Source: an uncultured cyanobacterium
GTDB lineage: Bacteria; Cyanobacteriota; Cyanobacteriia; Phormidesmidales; Phormidesmidaceae
DNA: 64,000 nt
Direction of reading: 5' to 3'
NCBI GenBank assembly: GCA_963793265.1
Contig: CAWBZI010000001.1
Location: 1,536,001 to 1,600,000 of the forward strand
Part shown: piece after piece, positions 30,688-40,666 of the stretch
How positions within the stretch are numbered: position 1 is the first letter of the stretch
Layout of the letters: each line of letters begins with the position of its first letter
Program-made: the position numbers and the translations under genes
The notes under the pieces: model-generated
What the model was told of the DNA's origin: nothing
The model's input: the letters and a program-made list of their open reading frames with translations, nothing else
Database searches by the model: none

Positions 30688-31665
30688 ATGATTGACCACG
30701 ACCGATTATTCAAAGAACTCCTGTCTACTTTTTTCTTAGACTTTTTGGAACTGTTTGCACCAGAAGTCCTGAGATACATAGACTCTGATTCCATTACCTT
30801 TCTAGACAAAGAGATCTTCACGGACGTTACAGCAGGCAAGAAATACGAAACCGATCTTCTTGTTCAAGCGCAGTTTCGAGGCCAGCAATCGTTCTTCTTG
30901 ATCCATATAGAAAATCAAGCAACCGATCAGGCTGACTTCGGAAAGCGCATGTTTCGATACTTCTCTCGCCTCTTTGAGCAGTACGATTGTCCGGTATATC
31001 CTATCGTCATTTTTTCTTACGATAGCCCACAGACAATAGCACCTGATGAGTTCAAAGTTGACTTCCCCGATCTTGCTGTTCTGATATTCAATTACCGAGT
31101 AGTTCAACTCAACCAGCTCAACTGGCGCGACTATTTAAAGCGGCAAAACCCAGTCGCCTCGGCGCTAATGTCAAAAATGAAAATTGCAGTAGAAGATAGG
31201 CCAAAGGTGAAAGCAGAGTGCCTACGCCTGCTAGTGACACTAAAGCTAGACGCTGCCAGAATGCAGCTCATCTCAGGATTCGTAGACACCTACTTAAAGC
31301 TGACACCCGAAGAGGAATCAGCGTTTAAGATTGAAATAGGTAGCGCTGAACTTACGGAGCAAGAAGACGTGATGGAAATCGTGACGAGCTGGATGCAGCA
31401 AGGGCTAGAACAAGGGCTAGAACAAGGGCTAGAACAAGGGCTAGAACAAGGGCTAGAACAAGGGCTAGAACGGGGCCGACAGGAAGGCGAACTGAAGGTT
31501 TTGATTCGGCTATTGACAAATAAACTAGGTAGCTTGCCCAGTGATGTACGCGAGAAGATGGACTTGCTGACAGAAGAGCAGATTGAACAGCTAATTGATG
31601 CGTCCCCAGAGCTATCATCGGTAGATGATTTATCTGTTTGGTTGGGGAGTCGGGTTAGTTCATAG
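30688..31665 (+). CDS. Rpn/YhgA-like PD-(D/E)XK nuclease with DUF4351-like C-terminus
   Basis: DHDRLFKELL, ETDLLV, IHIENQ, RMFRYF and QGLE repeats. Confidence 0.85.
   Translation: MIDHDRLFKELLSTFFLDFLELFAPEVLRYIDSDSITFLDKEIFTDVTAGKKYETDLLVQAQFRGQQSFFLIHIENQATDQADFGKRMFRYFSRLFEQYDCPVYPIVIFSYDSPQTIAPDEFKVDFPDLAVLIFNYRVVQLNQLNWRDYLKRQNPVASALMSKMKIAVEDRPKVKAECLRLLVTLKLDAARMQLISGFVDTYLKLTPEEESAFKIEIGSAELTEQEDVMEIVTSWMQQGLEQGLEQGLEQGLEQGLEQGLERGRQEGELKVLIRLLTNKLGSLPSDVREKMDLLTEEQIEQLIDASPELSSVDDLSVWLGSRVSS
31399..31470 (+). repeat. Six perfect 12-bp coding tandem repeats CAAGGGCTAGAA (QGLE)
   Basis: Counted directly in the sequence. Confidence 0.95.
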
Positions 31666-31683
31666 GGGCGATCGCAACACGCT

Positions 31684-32319
31684 CTAAAACCTATATTGCT
31701 GCTCTCCTACCCACAAACTCACAGGCACACTGTTACCTTTATCATCAACTTTCACATCGACTACAAATGCTTGGTTTCCAGAGCGCTGTATGTCATTAAT
31801 TTGTGAATTGATGTCGTTACGCTGAGACTCGGGCATGTAGTAGGTTTCTAGGCCGTACTCTATGCGCCAGCCGGTATAGCGGCCCTTCAAGGCGACTTGG
31901 TTTTGCGGGAGAGACTGGGGGCGATCGCTACTCACCGCCACAGGCTCCCACGCCGTAGGTACATCGCCTTCCGCCTCATCAGGCGCTTGCAGCGTGACGT
32001 ACACCCATTCGTCAACGTCTCGCTCCTTGCCTAGCGTAGACCTACCGCCCGGTAAGTCTATCAGTGCATCTCTAGAGGAAATATCAAAGCCCAGCGTCTG
32101 CGAATAGCCCCGGATTAAATCATAGGGATCGACGGGTGCCGTTTGCAGCGTGACGGTCTGACCGTTGGTGTAGGTCATAAAGCTTTGGAAAGGAACTGCA
32201 ACAATGATTGCCGATTGAATGAGCATCGCAGCCCAAAATCGGCCTGCTAGAAAGCGCGGTGTCCGAGGTGGCGTAGCGGTGATCACCTCTCTTGAATTGG
32301 GTAAAACTGGATTGCTCAT
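31684..32319 (-). CDS. GDYXXLXY domain membrane-anchored protein
   Basis: LQTAPVDPYDLIRGYSQTLGF and YGLETYYMPE; follows the DUF2157 gene. Confidence 0.85.
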   Translation of the reverse strand: MSNPVLPNSREVITATPPRTPRFLAGRFWAAMLIQSAIIVAVPFQSFMTYTNGQTVTLQTAPVDPYDLIRGYSQTLGFDISSRDALIDLPGGRSTLGKERDVDEWVYVTLQAPDEAEGDVPTAWEPVAVSSDRPQSLPQNQVALKGRYTGWRIEYGLETYYMPESQRNDINSQINDIQRSGNQAFVVDVKVDDKGNSVPVSLWVGEQQYRF

Positions 32320-32357
32320 AATTTCTCTCGTAGTTTTTCTCAACAACTTCCTGAACA

Positions 32358-33794
32358 TCAAGCAGAGGGTAGCGCCGTTGACCGCCGTGCTTTTTTCTCA
32401 AACCAAAGACCGGCCACAATAATGCCAATACCGCAAGCGCCTAGCACTAACGCCTTGAGCATTAATCCAGTGTCGTACTCAAACATACGACTCACAAGGC
32501 CGATAACAACAATGCCCATCCCGCCCCAAAAGCGATGGCGAATACCCAGCAGCGTGCCGTCGTGTAGCATTGCAAAGCCGATAAAGAACAAAACTATGTT
32601 TGCGATCACCACCCCGTAAACAAACGATCGCTCAATCCACCAAACAATCACCTGAGAAGAAGGAATGAAAACTAAGCATCCCATCACAACTAAAACAACG
32701 ATAAAGGCAGGCGTTCTCATCCAAAGCGCGTTTGGAATAGAGTGCTGGCGCGATCTCAGGAACCATCGCCAGAAACCATAAGCAGTCAGTAGCCAGAGCA
32801 AAGCCAGCCCTAGCAAAAATGGATAAGGAGCCGTGTATTCCCGCTGCCCGTAAAAAAGTGTGCCTTCTGTCCAAACAACTTCAAAAGAATAGCCATAGGC
32901 GGCAATGCTCAGAAACCAAATCGCCAGCGATCGCCCAATCGACATAAAGGGATCCACCTGCCCGCTATCTATCGGCCCTACCGCTCGCCTCCAGAACTGA
33001 GAGTGATACACCCACAACAAAGCCGGTGGCAGCAAGAATACCGCTGTCACTAAAGCCGGACTCCAAGCTGCTACCCGCGTAGTATCAGCCGACAGCAGCA
33101 TCGTCATCAGTCCAACGCCCCACAGCCCGTAGAGCACACGTGAGCGGCACCAGTGCGCCAGCGGTAGATACAGCGGCGTTATCAACAGCGGCAGATACGC
33201 AACCAGTATTCCTATCCAGGAGCTACCTATTCCTGAATCTCCCCAAACACCGCCCCAGCTCGAACCCCAGTGACTCATAAAAATCAGAATCCACGACAGC
33301 ACACCCAAACTGGTCAGCCGCAGCGAGTAGGCCATCACCAGCACCCCCAATCCCCACACCAAATACAGTCCATATACAGAACCGCTTTGATGAAACATCT
33401 GAGACACCAGCCCAATATTTGCGCCCATAATCAGCGCCCCTGAAAGCAACAGACCATTGCCCAACCAGGATGAGCCCAGTTGCCGATCTGAACGTCGCCA
33501 CAGATAAAAGCCAGCCGCATTCACGCTCAAAAATGCGCTGAATATTACCGCCATTCGAAGCAGCCGCGACCACGCCTGCCAGTTAGCCGCCACCAGCGTA
33601 ATCGCACCCAAACCTAACAATATTCCGCCCAAACCCAAGAGTACGGCAGTGAACCGGCTGCTTGAGCTATTTCCAAGCTGCTCGAACCGATAGCGCGATG
33701 CTAATTGCTCGTATATAGCTGTATCAATTACACCTTCTTGCTGCCATTTGGCCGACTCAGCGCGTAGCTCTCGTCGAAATTTCTCTGTACTCAT
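32358..33794 (-). CDS. DUF2157 membrane protein
   Basis: W..EGVID, LGGILLGLG..LVAANW and GANIGLVSQMFH. Confidence 0.85.
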   Translation of the reverse strand: MSTEKFRRELRAESAKWQQEGVIDTAIYEQLASRYRFEQLGNSSSSRFTAVLLGLGGILLGLGAITLVAANWQAWSRLLRMAVIFSAFLSVNAAGFYLWRRSDRQLGSSWLGNGLLLSGALIMGANIGLVSQMFHQSGSVYGLYLVWGLGVLVMAYSLRLTSLGVLSWILIFMSHWGSSWGGVWGDSGIGSSWIGILVAYLPLLITPLYLPLAHWCRSRVLYGLWGVGLMTMLLSADTTRVAAWSPALVTAVFLLPPALLWVYHSQFWRRAVGPIDSGQVDPFMSIGRSLAIWFLSIAAYGYSFEVVWTEGTLFYGQREYTAPYPFLLGLALLWLLTAYGFWRWFLRSRQHSIPNALWMRTPAFIVVLVVMGCLVFIPSSQVIVWWIERSFVYGVVIANIVLFFIGFAMLHDGTLLGIRHRFWGGMGIVVIGLVSRMFEYDTGLMLKALVLGACGIGIIVAGLWFEKKARRSTALPSA

Positions 33795-34024
33795 CGCCGT
33801 TCTCTTTACCCAATTTCAACAAAAGGAAAGTGCCTTTGTCTCTAAATTGACGGAAATAAGCTTAAAAAAAGAGACAAAAGGTGACGGCTTTCGATCTGGA
33901 TAGAAATCGCGACGCCTTATGAGGATAAGGAAAAAGGTAACAGCAAAGCCTAAATCGTTTAATACAGAAGGTAGGCTTGCCCGCTAAGATAAAGCACTGA
34001 GCGAACTGTCTGCTTCTGTTTTAT

Positions 34025-34939
34025 ATGGCCCCTTTTCAACCGCAGTCCAAACGTGAGCGCAAGCATCAGTCAATGCGTTTCAAGCGCGAAGTTGACGATC
34101 TTATTCGAGGCGTTTGCGGCGGTTTCTTATTTGGCATTCCTCTGCTTTACACCATGGAAGTGTGGTGGATTGGCTCAGTGGCAAGGCCGTCACAACTGAT
34201 AGGGGTGTTGGTTGCAACGCTATTAGGTACCTATTTACTTAGCCGCACAGCAGGGTTTCGTAAGGCCAAAGCGACTACGGAGCGAGAGGCGATTGGAGAC
34301 GCAGTTGAGGCGATCGCAATCGGCATCATCTGCGCTACGCTCATGCTCATCACCTTGCAGCAAATCACCTTCGACACCCGTATCAGCGAGTCTTTAGGCA
34401 AAATTATTTTTGAGAGTGTGCCTTTCACGCTAGGGGTAGCCCTTGCCAACCAGCTTTTACAGGATTCCGACTCAGACGACTCAGGCGACTCGAAACAACC
34501 GAACGATTCTCACTCAGAGCGCTTTTACCCCGAGGGCAATCTTAACGAAACGCTCTCTGATATTGGCGCAACCCTGATCGGAGCCACAATCATTGCCTTC
34601 AGCATCGCCCCTACTGATGAGGTGACAGTACTCGTCGCTGCCGTCGATGGGCCATGGCTAATGCTGACAGTGCTGATCTCTTTAGTGATCTCTTACTGCA
34701 TTGTTTTCCAGGCAAACTTCTCGCGGCAAGGGCAAAGGCGGTTACAAAAAGGGCCATTTCAACAGCCGCTTAGCGAGACGGTCTTCGCCTACCTAATATC
34801 GCTATTTGCTGCCGGGCTGATGCTTGGCTTTTTCCGAAAAATCGATCCGGGTGCGCCGTTAGAACTTGCCTTTCGCCAGATCCTAATTTTAGGACTGCCT
34901 GCAACCATTGGCGGTGCTGCAGGGAGATTGACACTTTGA
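34025..34939 (+). CDS. TIGR02587 family membrane protein
   Basis: GGFLFGIPLLYTMEVWWIG, IAPTDEV and LGLPATIGGAAGRL. Confidence 0.9.
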   Translation: MAPFQPQSKRERKHQSMRFKREVDDLIRGVCGGFLFGIPLLYTMEVWWIGSVARPSQLIGVLVATLLGTYLLSRTAGFRKAKATTEREAIGDAVEAIAIGIICATLMLITLQQITFDTRISESLGKIIFESVPFTLGVALANQLLQDSDSDDSGDSKQPNDSHSERFYPEGNLNETLSDIGATLIGATIIAFSIAPTDEVTVLVAAVDGPWLMLTVLISLVISYCIVFQANFSRQGQRRLQKGPFQQPLSETVFAYLISLFAAGLMLGFFRKIDPGAPLELAFRQILILGLPATIGGAAGRLTL

Positions 34940-35316
34940 GTAAAGCTTCCTCAACGGCAGAGAAGATCAGCTTTTTGATGGCGGCGGCAATTGTGTTAGC
35001 TATTTTTGGGGGCGTGGGTTATCTGTGGACGCGCGATCGCAATCAAGACCCGCCTATCTTACAAGTCACCACCGAAATAGAGCAGCGTCAGGGCCAGTAC
35101 TATGTGCCATTCACCGTCACCAACGCAGGTGGGAAAACCGCAGCCACCGTGCAGGTTATGGCAGAACTGTGGGTTGATGGTGAGCTAGTCGAGTGGGGCG
35201 AGCAGCAGTTTGACTTTCTTTCTAGCCAGGAAGAAGCAGAAGGATCGTTTATCTTTGTTCGCAATCCTGAAGAAGGTGAGCTAACCGTCAGGGTCGCTGG
35301 TTATCAAGCACCCTAA
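34936..35316 (+). CDS. TIGR02588 family protein
   Basis: [21 protein letters not shown] and FDFLS; 4-nt overlap with the upstream gene. Confidence 0.88.
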   Translation: MSKASSTAEKISFLMAAAIVLAIFGGVGYLWTRDRNQDPPILQVTTEIEQRQGQYYVPFTVTNAGGKTAATVQVMAELWVDGELVEWGEQQFDFLSSQEEAEGSFIFVRNPEEGELTVRVAGYQAP

Positions 35317-35348
35317 GAAAAGATGTTCATAGAAAAAGAGGCACCATC

Positions 35349-36356
35349 ATGCAAGCAATTGGTTACAGAGACGCAGGCCCCATCTCATCGGCAAACGCAC
35401 TCACCTTGTTTGAAACTGAAAAGCCGCAGCCTGGCCCAAACGATCTACTCGTAGCAGTCCGAGGCGTTTCGGTGAATCCGGTTGATACCAAAGTACGGGC
35501 AAACGCTCAACCTGATGGCGAATATCGCATTCTTGGGTTTGACGCCGCTGGTGTTGTAGAAGCAGTTGGCTCAAAAGTGACAAGATTTCAGCCGGGCGAC
35601 GAAGTGTTCTATGCAGGCGACATCACTCGCCCAGGAACTAACGCCGAGTTTCACGTAGTTGATGAGCGCATCGTTGGCAAAAAACCAGCATCGCTTGGTT
35701 TCGCAGAGGCTGCCGGAATGCCGCTAACCAGTATTACGGCTTGGGAAATTTTGTTCGACAGCATAGGGCTCAAAGCGGGAGAAGGCAGCGGCGAATCGCT
35801 GCTCGTTATCGGCGGCGCGGGTGGTGTAGGCTCTATCTTGATCCAACTGGCTAAGAAGCTCACAAATTTAACCGTTATTGCCACCGCGTCGCGTGACGAT
35901 ACGCGCGCTTGGGTTGAAAAGATGGGCGCGGATCATATTGTCAATCACCACAATCCGCTTGACGAAGAGATGAGGGCTCTAGGCATTTCGCCGCGCTATG
36001 TTGCCTCGCTGACGCATACCGGCAGTCACTATGGAGCAATTCAAGCATTGATTAAGCCGCGCGGTCACATTGCTCTGATTGATGATCCAGAGTCGCTTGA
36101 TGCTAGACCCCTAAAAGGCAAAGCGCTTTCCTTGAGTTGGGAACTAATGTTTGTTCGTCCGATGTTTCAAACAGAAGATATGGACGAGCAGCACAAGCTG
36201 TTGAATAGGGTTTCAGAACTTCTCGATGACAGCACGCTAATTGCGACCGCTAACAGTCATGGTGGCGCTCTGAGTGTTGAAAATTTGCGTGCCGCGCATG
36301 AGCTACAGGAAAGCGGCAAGGCGATAGGTAAAACCGTATTGGATGGTTTTACCTAA
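35349..36356 (+). CDS. Zinc-binding alcohol dehydrogenase family (quinone oxidoreductase-like) protein
   Basis: [27 protein letters not shown] and IGGAGGVGS. Confidence 0.92.
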   Translation: MQAIGYRDAGPISSANALTLFETEKPQPGPNDLLVAVRGVSVNPVDTKVRANAQPDGEYRILGFDAAGVVEAVGSKVTRFQPGDEVFYAGDITRPGTNAEFHVVDERIVGKKPASLGFAEAAGMPLTSITAWEILFDSIGLKAGEGSGESLLVIGGAGGVGSILIQLAKKLTNLTVIATASRDDTRAWVEKMGADHIVNHHNPLDEEMRALGISPRYVASLTHTGSHYGAIQALIKPRGHIALIDDPESLDARPLKGKALSLSWELMFVRPMFQTEDMDEQHKLLNRVSELLDDSTLIATANSHGGALSVENLRAAHELQESGKAIGKTVLDGFT

Positions 36357-36363
36357 AACGCGA

Positions 36364-37152
36364 CTACTCAGCCGCGTGATCGTCTACTTTACCAAAGCGG
36401 CGATCGCGCCCCTGAAACGCTTTCATCGCCTGATGAAACTCATCGGTATCAAAGTCAGGCCACAGCGTATCGGTAATGTAAAACTCCGAATAGGCAAGCT
36501 GCCAGAGCAGGAAATTACTGATCCGCATTTCGCCGCTGGTGCGGATGAGCAAATCGGGGTCGCTGATATCAGATGTGTAGAGGTGGCGGCTAAAGAGAGA
36601 TTCGTCAATGTCTTCGGGCTGGAGCTGGCCTGCTTTTACCTGGGTTGCGATCGCCCGACAAGCCTGCAAAATCTCCTGCCGCCCGCCATAATTCGTCGCC
36701 ACCGAAAACCGAATACCCGTATTCTGTGCCGTCTCCTGCACCGCCCGGTCAATCTCCTGTTGCAGCGTATCTGGCAGCGCCGAAAGATTGCCGACAAACT
36801 GAATTCGCACGCCCTCTTCCATCATCTCTTTTAGCTCCTGCCTCAGCACTCGCTCAAACAGCGTCATCAGAAAATCGACCTCGCGCGTAGGTCGTCCCCA
36901 GTTCTCGGTTGAAAACGCATAGGCCGTCAGCGCATCCACACCCCAGTCTCGGCAGCAGCGCAGCAGCTTTTTGAGCGTATCAACACCCTTACGATGACCC
37001 ATGATCCTGGGTAACCCTCGGCGCTTAGCCCAGCGGCCATTGCCATCCATAATCACCGCGACATGGGAAGGCATTCGAGTGGGCAGCAAATCTGTCGGTA
37101 GCGACAGAGAAGACGCTGAAGGCGCAATAGAAGCACCAGAATTGGCTGTCAT
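36364..37152 (-). CDS. uppS: Isoprenyl transferase (undecaprenyl diphosphate synthase)
   Basis: [19 protein letters not shown] and [15 protein letters not shown]. Confidence 0.96.
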   Translation of the reverse strand: MTANSGASIAPSASSLSLPTDLLPTRMPSHVAVIMDGNGRWAKRRGLPRIMGHRKGVDTLKKLLRCCRDWGVDALTAYAFSTENWGRPTREVDFLMTLFERVLRQELKEMMEEGVRIQFVGNLSALPDTLQQEIDRAVQETAQNTGIRFSVATNYGGRQEILQACRAIATQVKAGQLQPEDIDESLFSRHLYTSDISDPDLLIRTSGEMRISNFLLWQLAYSEFYITDTLWPDFDTDEFHQAMKAFQGRDRRFGKVDDHAAE

Positions 37153-38030
37153 TTCTTTTCCTGGGGAGAGGAGCGGGGGAGCTTACGCTTGATCGCGCTT
37201 AAAAAGTTAATCCCTTTTAGGCTCAGCCGCCGTCCTAAGCTTCGTAGCTGAGGGGCAACCGTATCGCCGTCAGTCGTAGGCGAAAACTTATCAAGCAGCA
37301 GTTCCCTCAGTTTACTGCTGGTCAGGGGGCGGTTTAACATTCCTTGCTCGGCCACCGAAATCGAGCCGGTTTCTTCAGAAACCACCACGCAAAGGCAGTG
37401 CTCCACACGCTCGGTAATGCCCATCGCCGCCCGGTGCCGAGTGCCAAGCTGCCGAGAAGCATCTCTTTCAGAAATCGGCAAAATGACGCCTGCTGCCAAT
37501 ATCCGCGATCCGCGAATGAGTACGGCTCCATCGTGTAGCAGCGTCGTCGTTTGAAAAATAGTCTGCAATAGCTCCCGCGATAGCTCCGCGTTCAGCCGTA
37601 CGCCCGGCACAGAAAAAGCGCTTTCTTCAATCGGCTCGTCGGTTTCCAAAATCATTAGCGCGCCGGTTCGATTTTGGCTCAGCCCTTTTACTGCCTCCAC
37701 TAGCTCATCAATCACGCTATTGGCCGTCGAAAGCTGGCTCTCTTGCCCAACAAATAGCTGACCAATTTCGCCGCGACCAAGCTGTTCTAGCAGCCGCCGG
37801 AACTCGGGCACCAGCATAATTGCCAGCGCCACCGAAGCGCCTAGCAGCAACTTGTCCATCACAAAATTGAGCAGCCACAGGTCTGCCGCCTTGCTTAGCA
37901 AAGTAGCGGCCATCAGTACAAGCAGCCCTTGCACCATCCACATCGTCCGGCGATCGCCACGAATCACCATCAGCACTGCATAAACCAGTGCCACAACGAG
38001 GCAAATATCAATGATGGTGCCATACCACAA
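37149..38030 (-). CDS. cdaA: Diadenylate cyclase CdaA
   Basis: N-terminal TM helices and catalytic motifs LHDGA and GTRHRAA. The start is uncertain (see findings). Confidence 0.93.
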   Translation of the reverse strand: MWYGTIIDICLVVALVYAVLMVIRGDRRTMWMVQGLLVLMAATLLSKAADLWLLNFVMDKLLLGASVALAIMLVPEFRRLLEQLGRGEIGQLFVGQESQLSTANSVIDELVEAVKGLSQNRTGALMILETDEPIEESAFSVPGVRLNAELSRELLQTIFQTTTLLHDGAVLIRGSRILAAGVILPISERDASRQLGTRHRAAMGITERVEHCLCVVVSEETGSISVAEQGMLNRPLTSSKLRELLLDKFSPTTDGDTVAPQLRSLGRRLSLKGINFLSAIKRKLPRSSPQEKK

Positions 38031-38098
38031 GAGTCAGACCTGCTTCATGAGATGCCGGTTCAATCTAGGAATATGCGCTTTGAGCGCACCCGGCAGCT

Positions 38099-39508
38099 TT
38101 ACTTTACGGGTTTTAGGGAATTTGGCAACCGATCTTGACGAACCAAATCTTCATAGGTTTCACGGCGCAAAATCACCTCGGCCTGGCCCTGATTTACCAA
38201 CACCGCCGCCGGACGCGGTACCCGGTTGTAGTTGGAGGACATGCTGTAGTTATAAGCGCCCGTGGCAGGCACGACCACCACATCACCGGCTTCTAGCGGT
38301 GGCAGTGTTGCCGACTGTATCACTACATCGCCCGACTCGCAGTGCTTACCGGCCAAGGTCACCGTTTCAGATAGCGGCGCAGACATCTTACTCGCGGCAA
38401 GTGCTCTGTACTCTGACTGATAGGTAATGGGGCGCGGATTGTCAGACATGCCGCCGTCTACAGAGACGTAGGTGCGGATGCCGGGTACAGTTTTTTGGCC
38501 GCCGACGGTGTAGGCCGTAACGCAGGCAGAGCCGATGAGCGATCGCCCCGGTTCACACAAAATCTTCGGCAAAGGCAAATCAGCCGACTTGCAAGCCGCC
38601 GCCAGGCTTTCACACACCGTCTTTGCCCACGCATCAATGCTCGGGGGATCGTCAGACTCGGTATAGCGAATGCCCAAGCCACCACCAATATCAATCTGCT
38701 CAATCGGCAGACCGTACTTATTCGCCGTTTGGAACCAGCGCACCATCACGCCGGGGAGATCTTCATGCGGCTGTAGTTCAAAAATCTGCGAGCCAATATG
38801 CGCGTGTAGGCCAACGCAGTTCAGGCTATCGCCCTGCTGAGAAATGAACTCAAACACTTCTTCTAGCTGATCAGGGTCAAAGCCAAATTTGCTGTCGATG
38901 TGGCCGGTCTGAATATATTCGTGAGTATGGCACTCAATCCCAGGCGTCAGTCGTAGCAGAATCGTTGCCTTTTGTTCGCCGCTGGCTAGCTCGTTGAGCG
39001 TTTTTAGCTCGTGCCAGTTATCAACGACAATATGCGCGCCTGCTGCTAGGCCCAGCTTCAGCTCGTCTAGCGACTTATTGTTGCCATGGAAGTACAGGTT
39101 TTCGCTTTTAGCGCCTGCATCTATCGCGGTTTGCAGTTCACCGCCTGAAACAACATCAATGCCGATGCCTTCTTGAGAGGCGATCGCACACACCGCCAAG
39201 CAGTTCCAAGCCTTAGAGGCATACACAATCAGCGACTCGCCTGGATAGTGCTTTTCAAAAGACTGCTTATACTGCTGGCAAGATTCTCGCAGCGTATGCT
39301 CATCTAATATATAGAGCGGCGATCCAAACTCTTCAACCAGGCTCACCACATCACAGCCACCCACCACCAGATGGTCTTTCTCATTCACCTTTGCCCCTAA
39401 CGGCAGCAGCAGTTGATTAGGTGAGGCATCAGATTCACTAGATATGTATTGCAGGCTCGTTGTCTGTGATGCTGAAGCTGAGGGAGGCGCTGAAACAGTA
39501 GAAACCAT
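38099..39508 (-). CDS. lysA: Diaminopimelate decarboxylase
   Basis: YASKA, SKFG, HAHIGSQI, EPGRS, HCESGD and GAYNYSMSSNYN. Confidence 0.96.
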   Translation of the reverse strand: MVSTVSAPPSASASQTTSLQYISSESDASPNQLLLPLGAKVNEKDHLVVGGCDVVSLVEEFGSPLYILDEHTLRESCQQYKQSFEKHYPGESLIVYASKAWNCLAVCAIASQEGIGIDVVSGGELQTAIDAGAKSENLYFHGNNKSLDELKLGLAAGAHIVVDNWHELKTLNELASGEQKATILLRLTPGIECHTHEYIQTGHIDSKFGFDPDQLEEVFEFISQQGDSLNCVGLHAHIGSQIFELQPHEDLPGVMVRWFQTANKYGLPIEQIDIGGGLGIRYTESDDPPSIDAWAKTVCESLAAACKSADLPLPKILCEPGRSLIGSACVTAYTVGGQKTVPGIRTYVSVDGGMSDNPRPITYQSEYRALAASKMSAPLSETVTLAGKHCESGDVVIQSATLPPLEAGDVVVVPATGAYNYSMSSNYNRVPRPAAVLVNQGQAEVILRRETYEDLVRQDRLPNSLKPVK

Positions 39509-39629
39509 GGGAAGCTAAAAGATGATATAGAGGTCTGAAGAAAATAGACTTAGACAGTACAGTGTACAATTGGCCGCTCTTAAGTCGCACTTGAGCGATC
39601 GCAAATGTTAGTTAACGTTAGGCATTTTT

Positions 39630-40313
39630 TTGTCCTTTTTAGCCTGCCTGCCCCTCGTAGAAGCTGACATCACCGCCGTCCTAGCGCTCGACCAGCGATG
39701 CTTGGGCGGACTGTGGACGCGCTCAGGCTACAGGCGAGAAATTGAAAGCGACTGTAGCGATTTACGGGTGCTAGTATCCACATCTGATCCAGAGGCTTTG
39801 CGCCTGCGGAGTACAGCCATTTTTGCCACTGCTGATATTACTGATGCTAATTCACCAGCCGCCGAATCCCCACATACTAACTATCTAGCTGCTATCGATC
39901 CGACCGATACCTCATTGTCTAACTATCCAATTCAGCTACTCGGCATTGGCTGTTTGTGGGCTGTTATGGAAGAAGCGCACATCACCACACTGGCAATTGA
40001 GCCGACCTGTCAGGGGCAAAAGCTCGGCCAGTTTTTAATCACTGAGCTTTTGCTTTGCGGTCATCGCAGAGGGTTGACCAGAGCCACGCTAGAAGTTCGA
40101 GCCTCTAATCAGAAGGCACTTAGCCTGTATCAAAAATTTGGCTTTAGGGAGGCCGGGCAGCGCAGGCGGTATTACTCAGATGGTGAGAACGCGCGGATTC
40201 TATGGAGAAGTGGGCTACAAGAGCAGGATTTTTTAGGGCAGATTGAGCAGAGAAGGGAAGAGGCGATCGCGCATTTCACCCAAACCAATACCTACAAACT
40301 TACGCTTGCCTGA
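39630..40313 (+). CDS. rimI: Ribosomal protein N-acetyltransferase RimI (GNAT)
   Basis: EEAHITTLAI, ATLEVRASN..ALSLYQKFGF and RRRYY. Confidence 0.85.
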   Translation: MSFLACLPLVEADITAVLALDQRCLGGLWTRSGYRREIESDCSDLRVLVSTSDPEALRLRSTAIFATADITDANSPAAESPHTNYLAAIDPTDTSLSNYPIQLLGIGCLWAVMEEAHITTLAIEPTCQGQKLGQFLITELLLCGHRRGLTRATLEVRASNQKALSLYQKFGFREAGQRRRYYSDGENARILWRSGLQEQDFLGQIEQRREEAIAHFTQTNTYKLTLA

Positions 40314-40666
40314 CTAACGCGCTCTTATACCAGCACGACGCTAGCCGTCTTCGGTAGCTCTGTCTAAAGGCATATTAAATGTCACTGATCCCTCAAAATT
40401 TTCGGTGCTAAAACGAGCCAAACATTTGTTCTTTTTTTCCTTTTTAAAGAGGCAGTTTTATGCACTCACGCTATACCTGTAGCGTATGTAGCTAAATAAA
40501 CAGAGTTATCCTCTATTGACTGCCTACTAACAGAGAGCAGCGAGTGAATAATCGGCATAGCAAACGCTAATATCCTTTAGGGGTAGTGAATACCGCCCGC
40601 GTCCTCCGAAATTTTGCTGTGCTAGAATCACAGCAACCAGCCCGTAGCAGGTGATGGAATACCGCC

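Noticed and set aside
31399..31470. Repeat arrays (here and at 9678) as possible CRISPR
   Set aside because: Contiguous units with no spacers and no cas genes; this one is an in-frame coding repeat.
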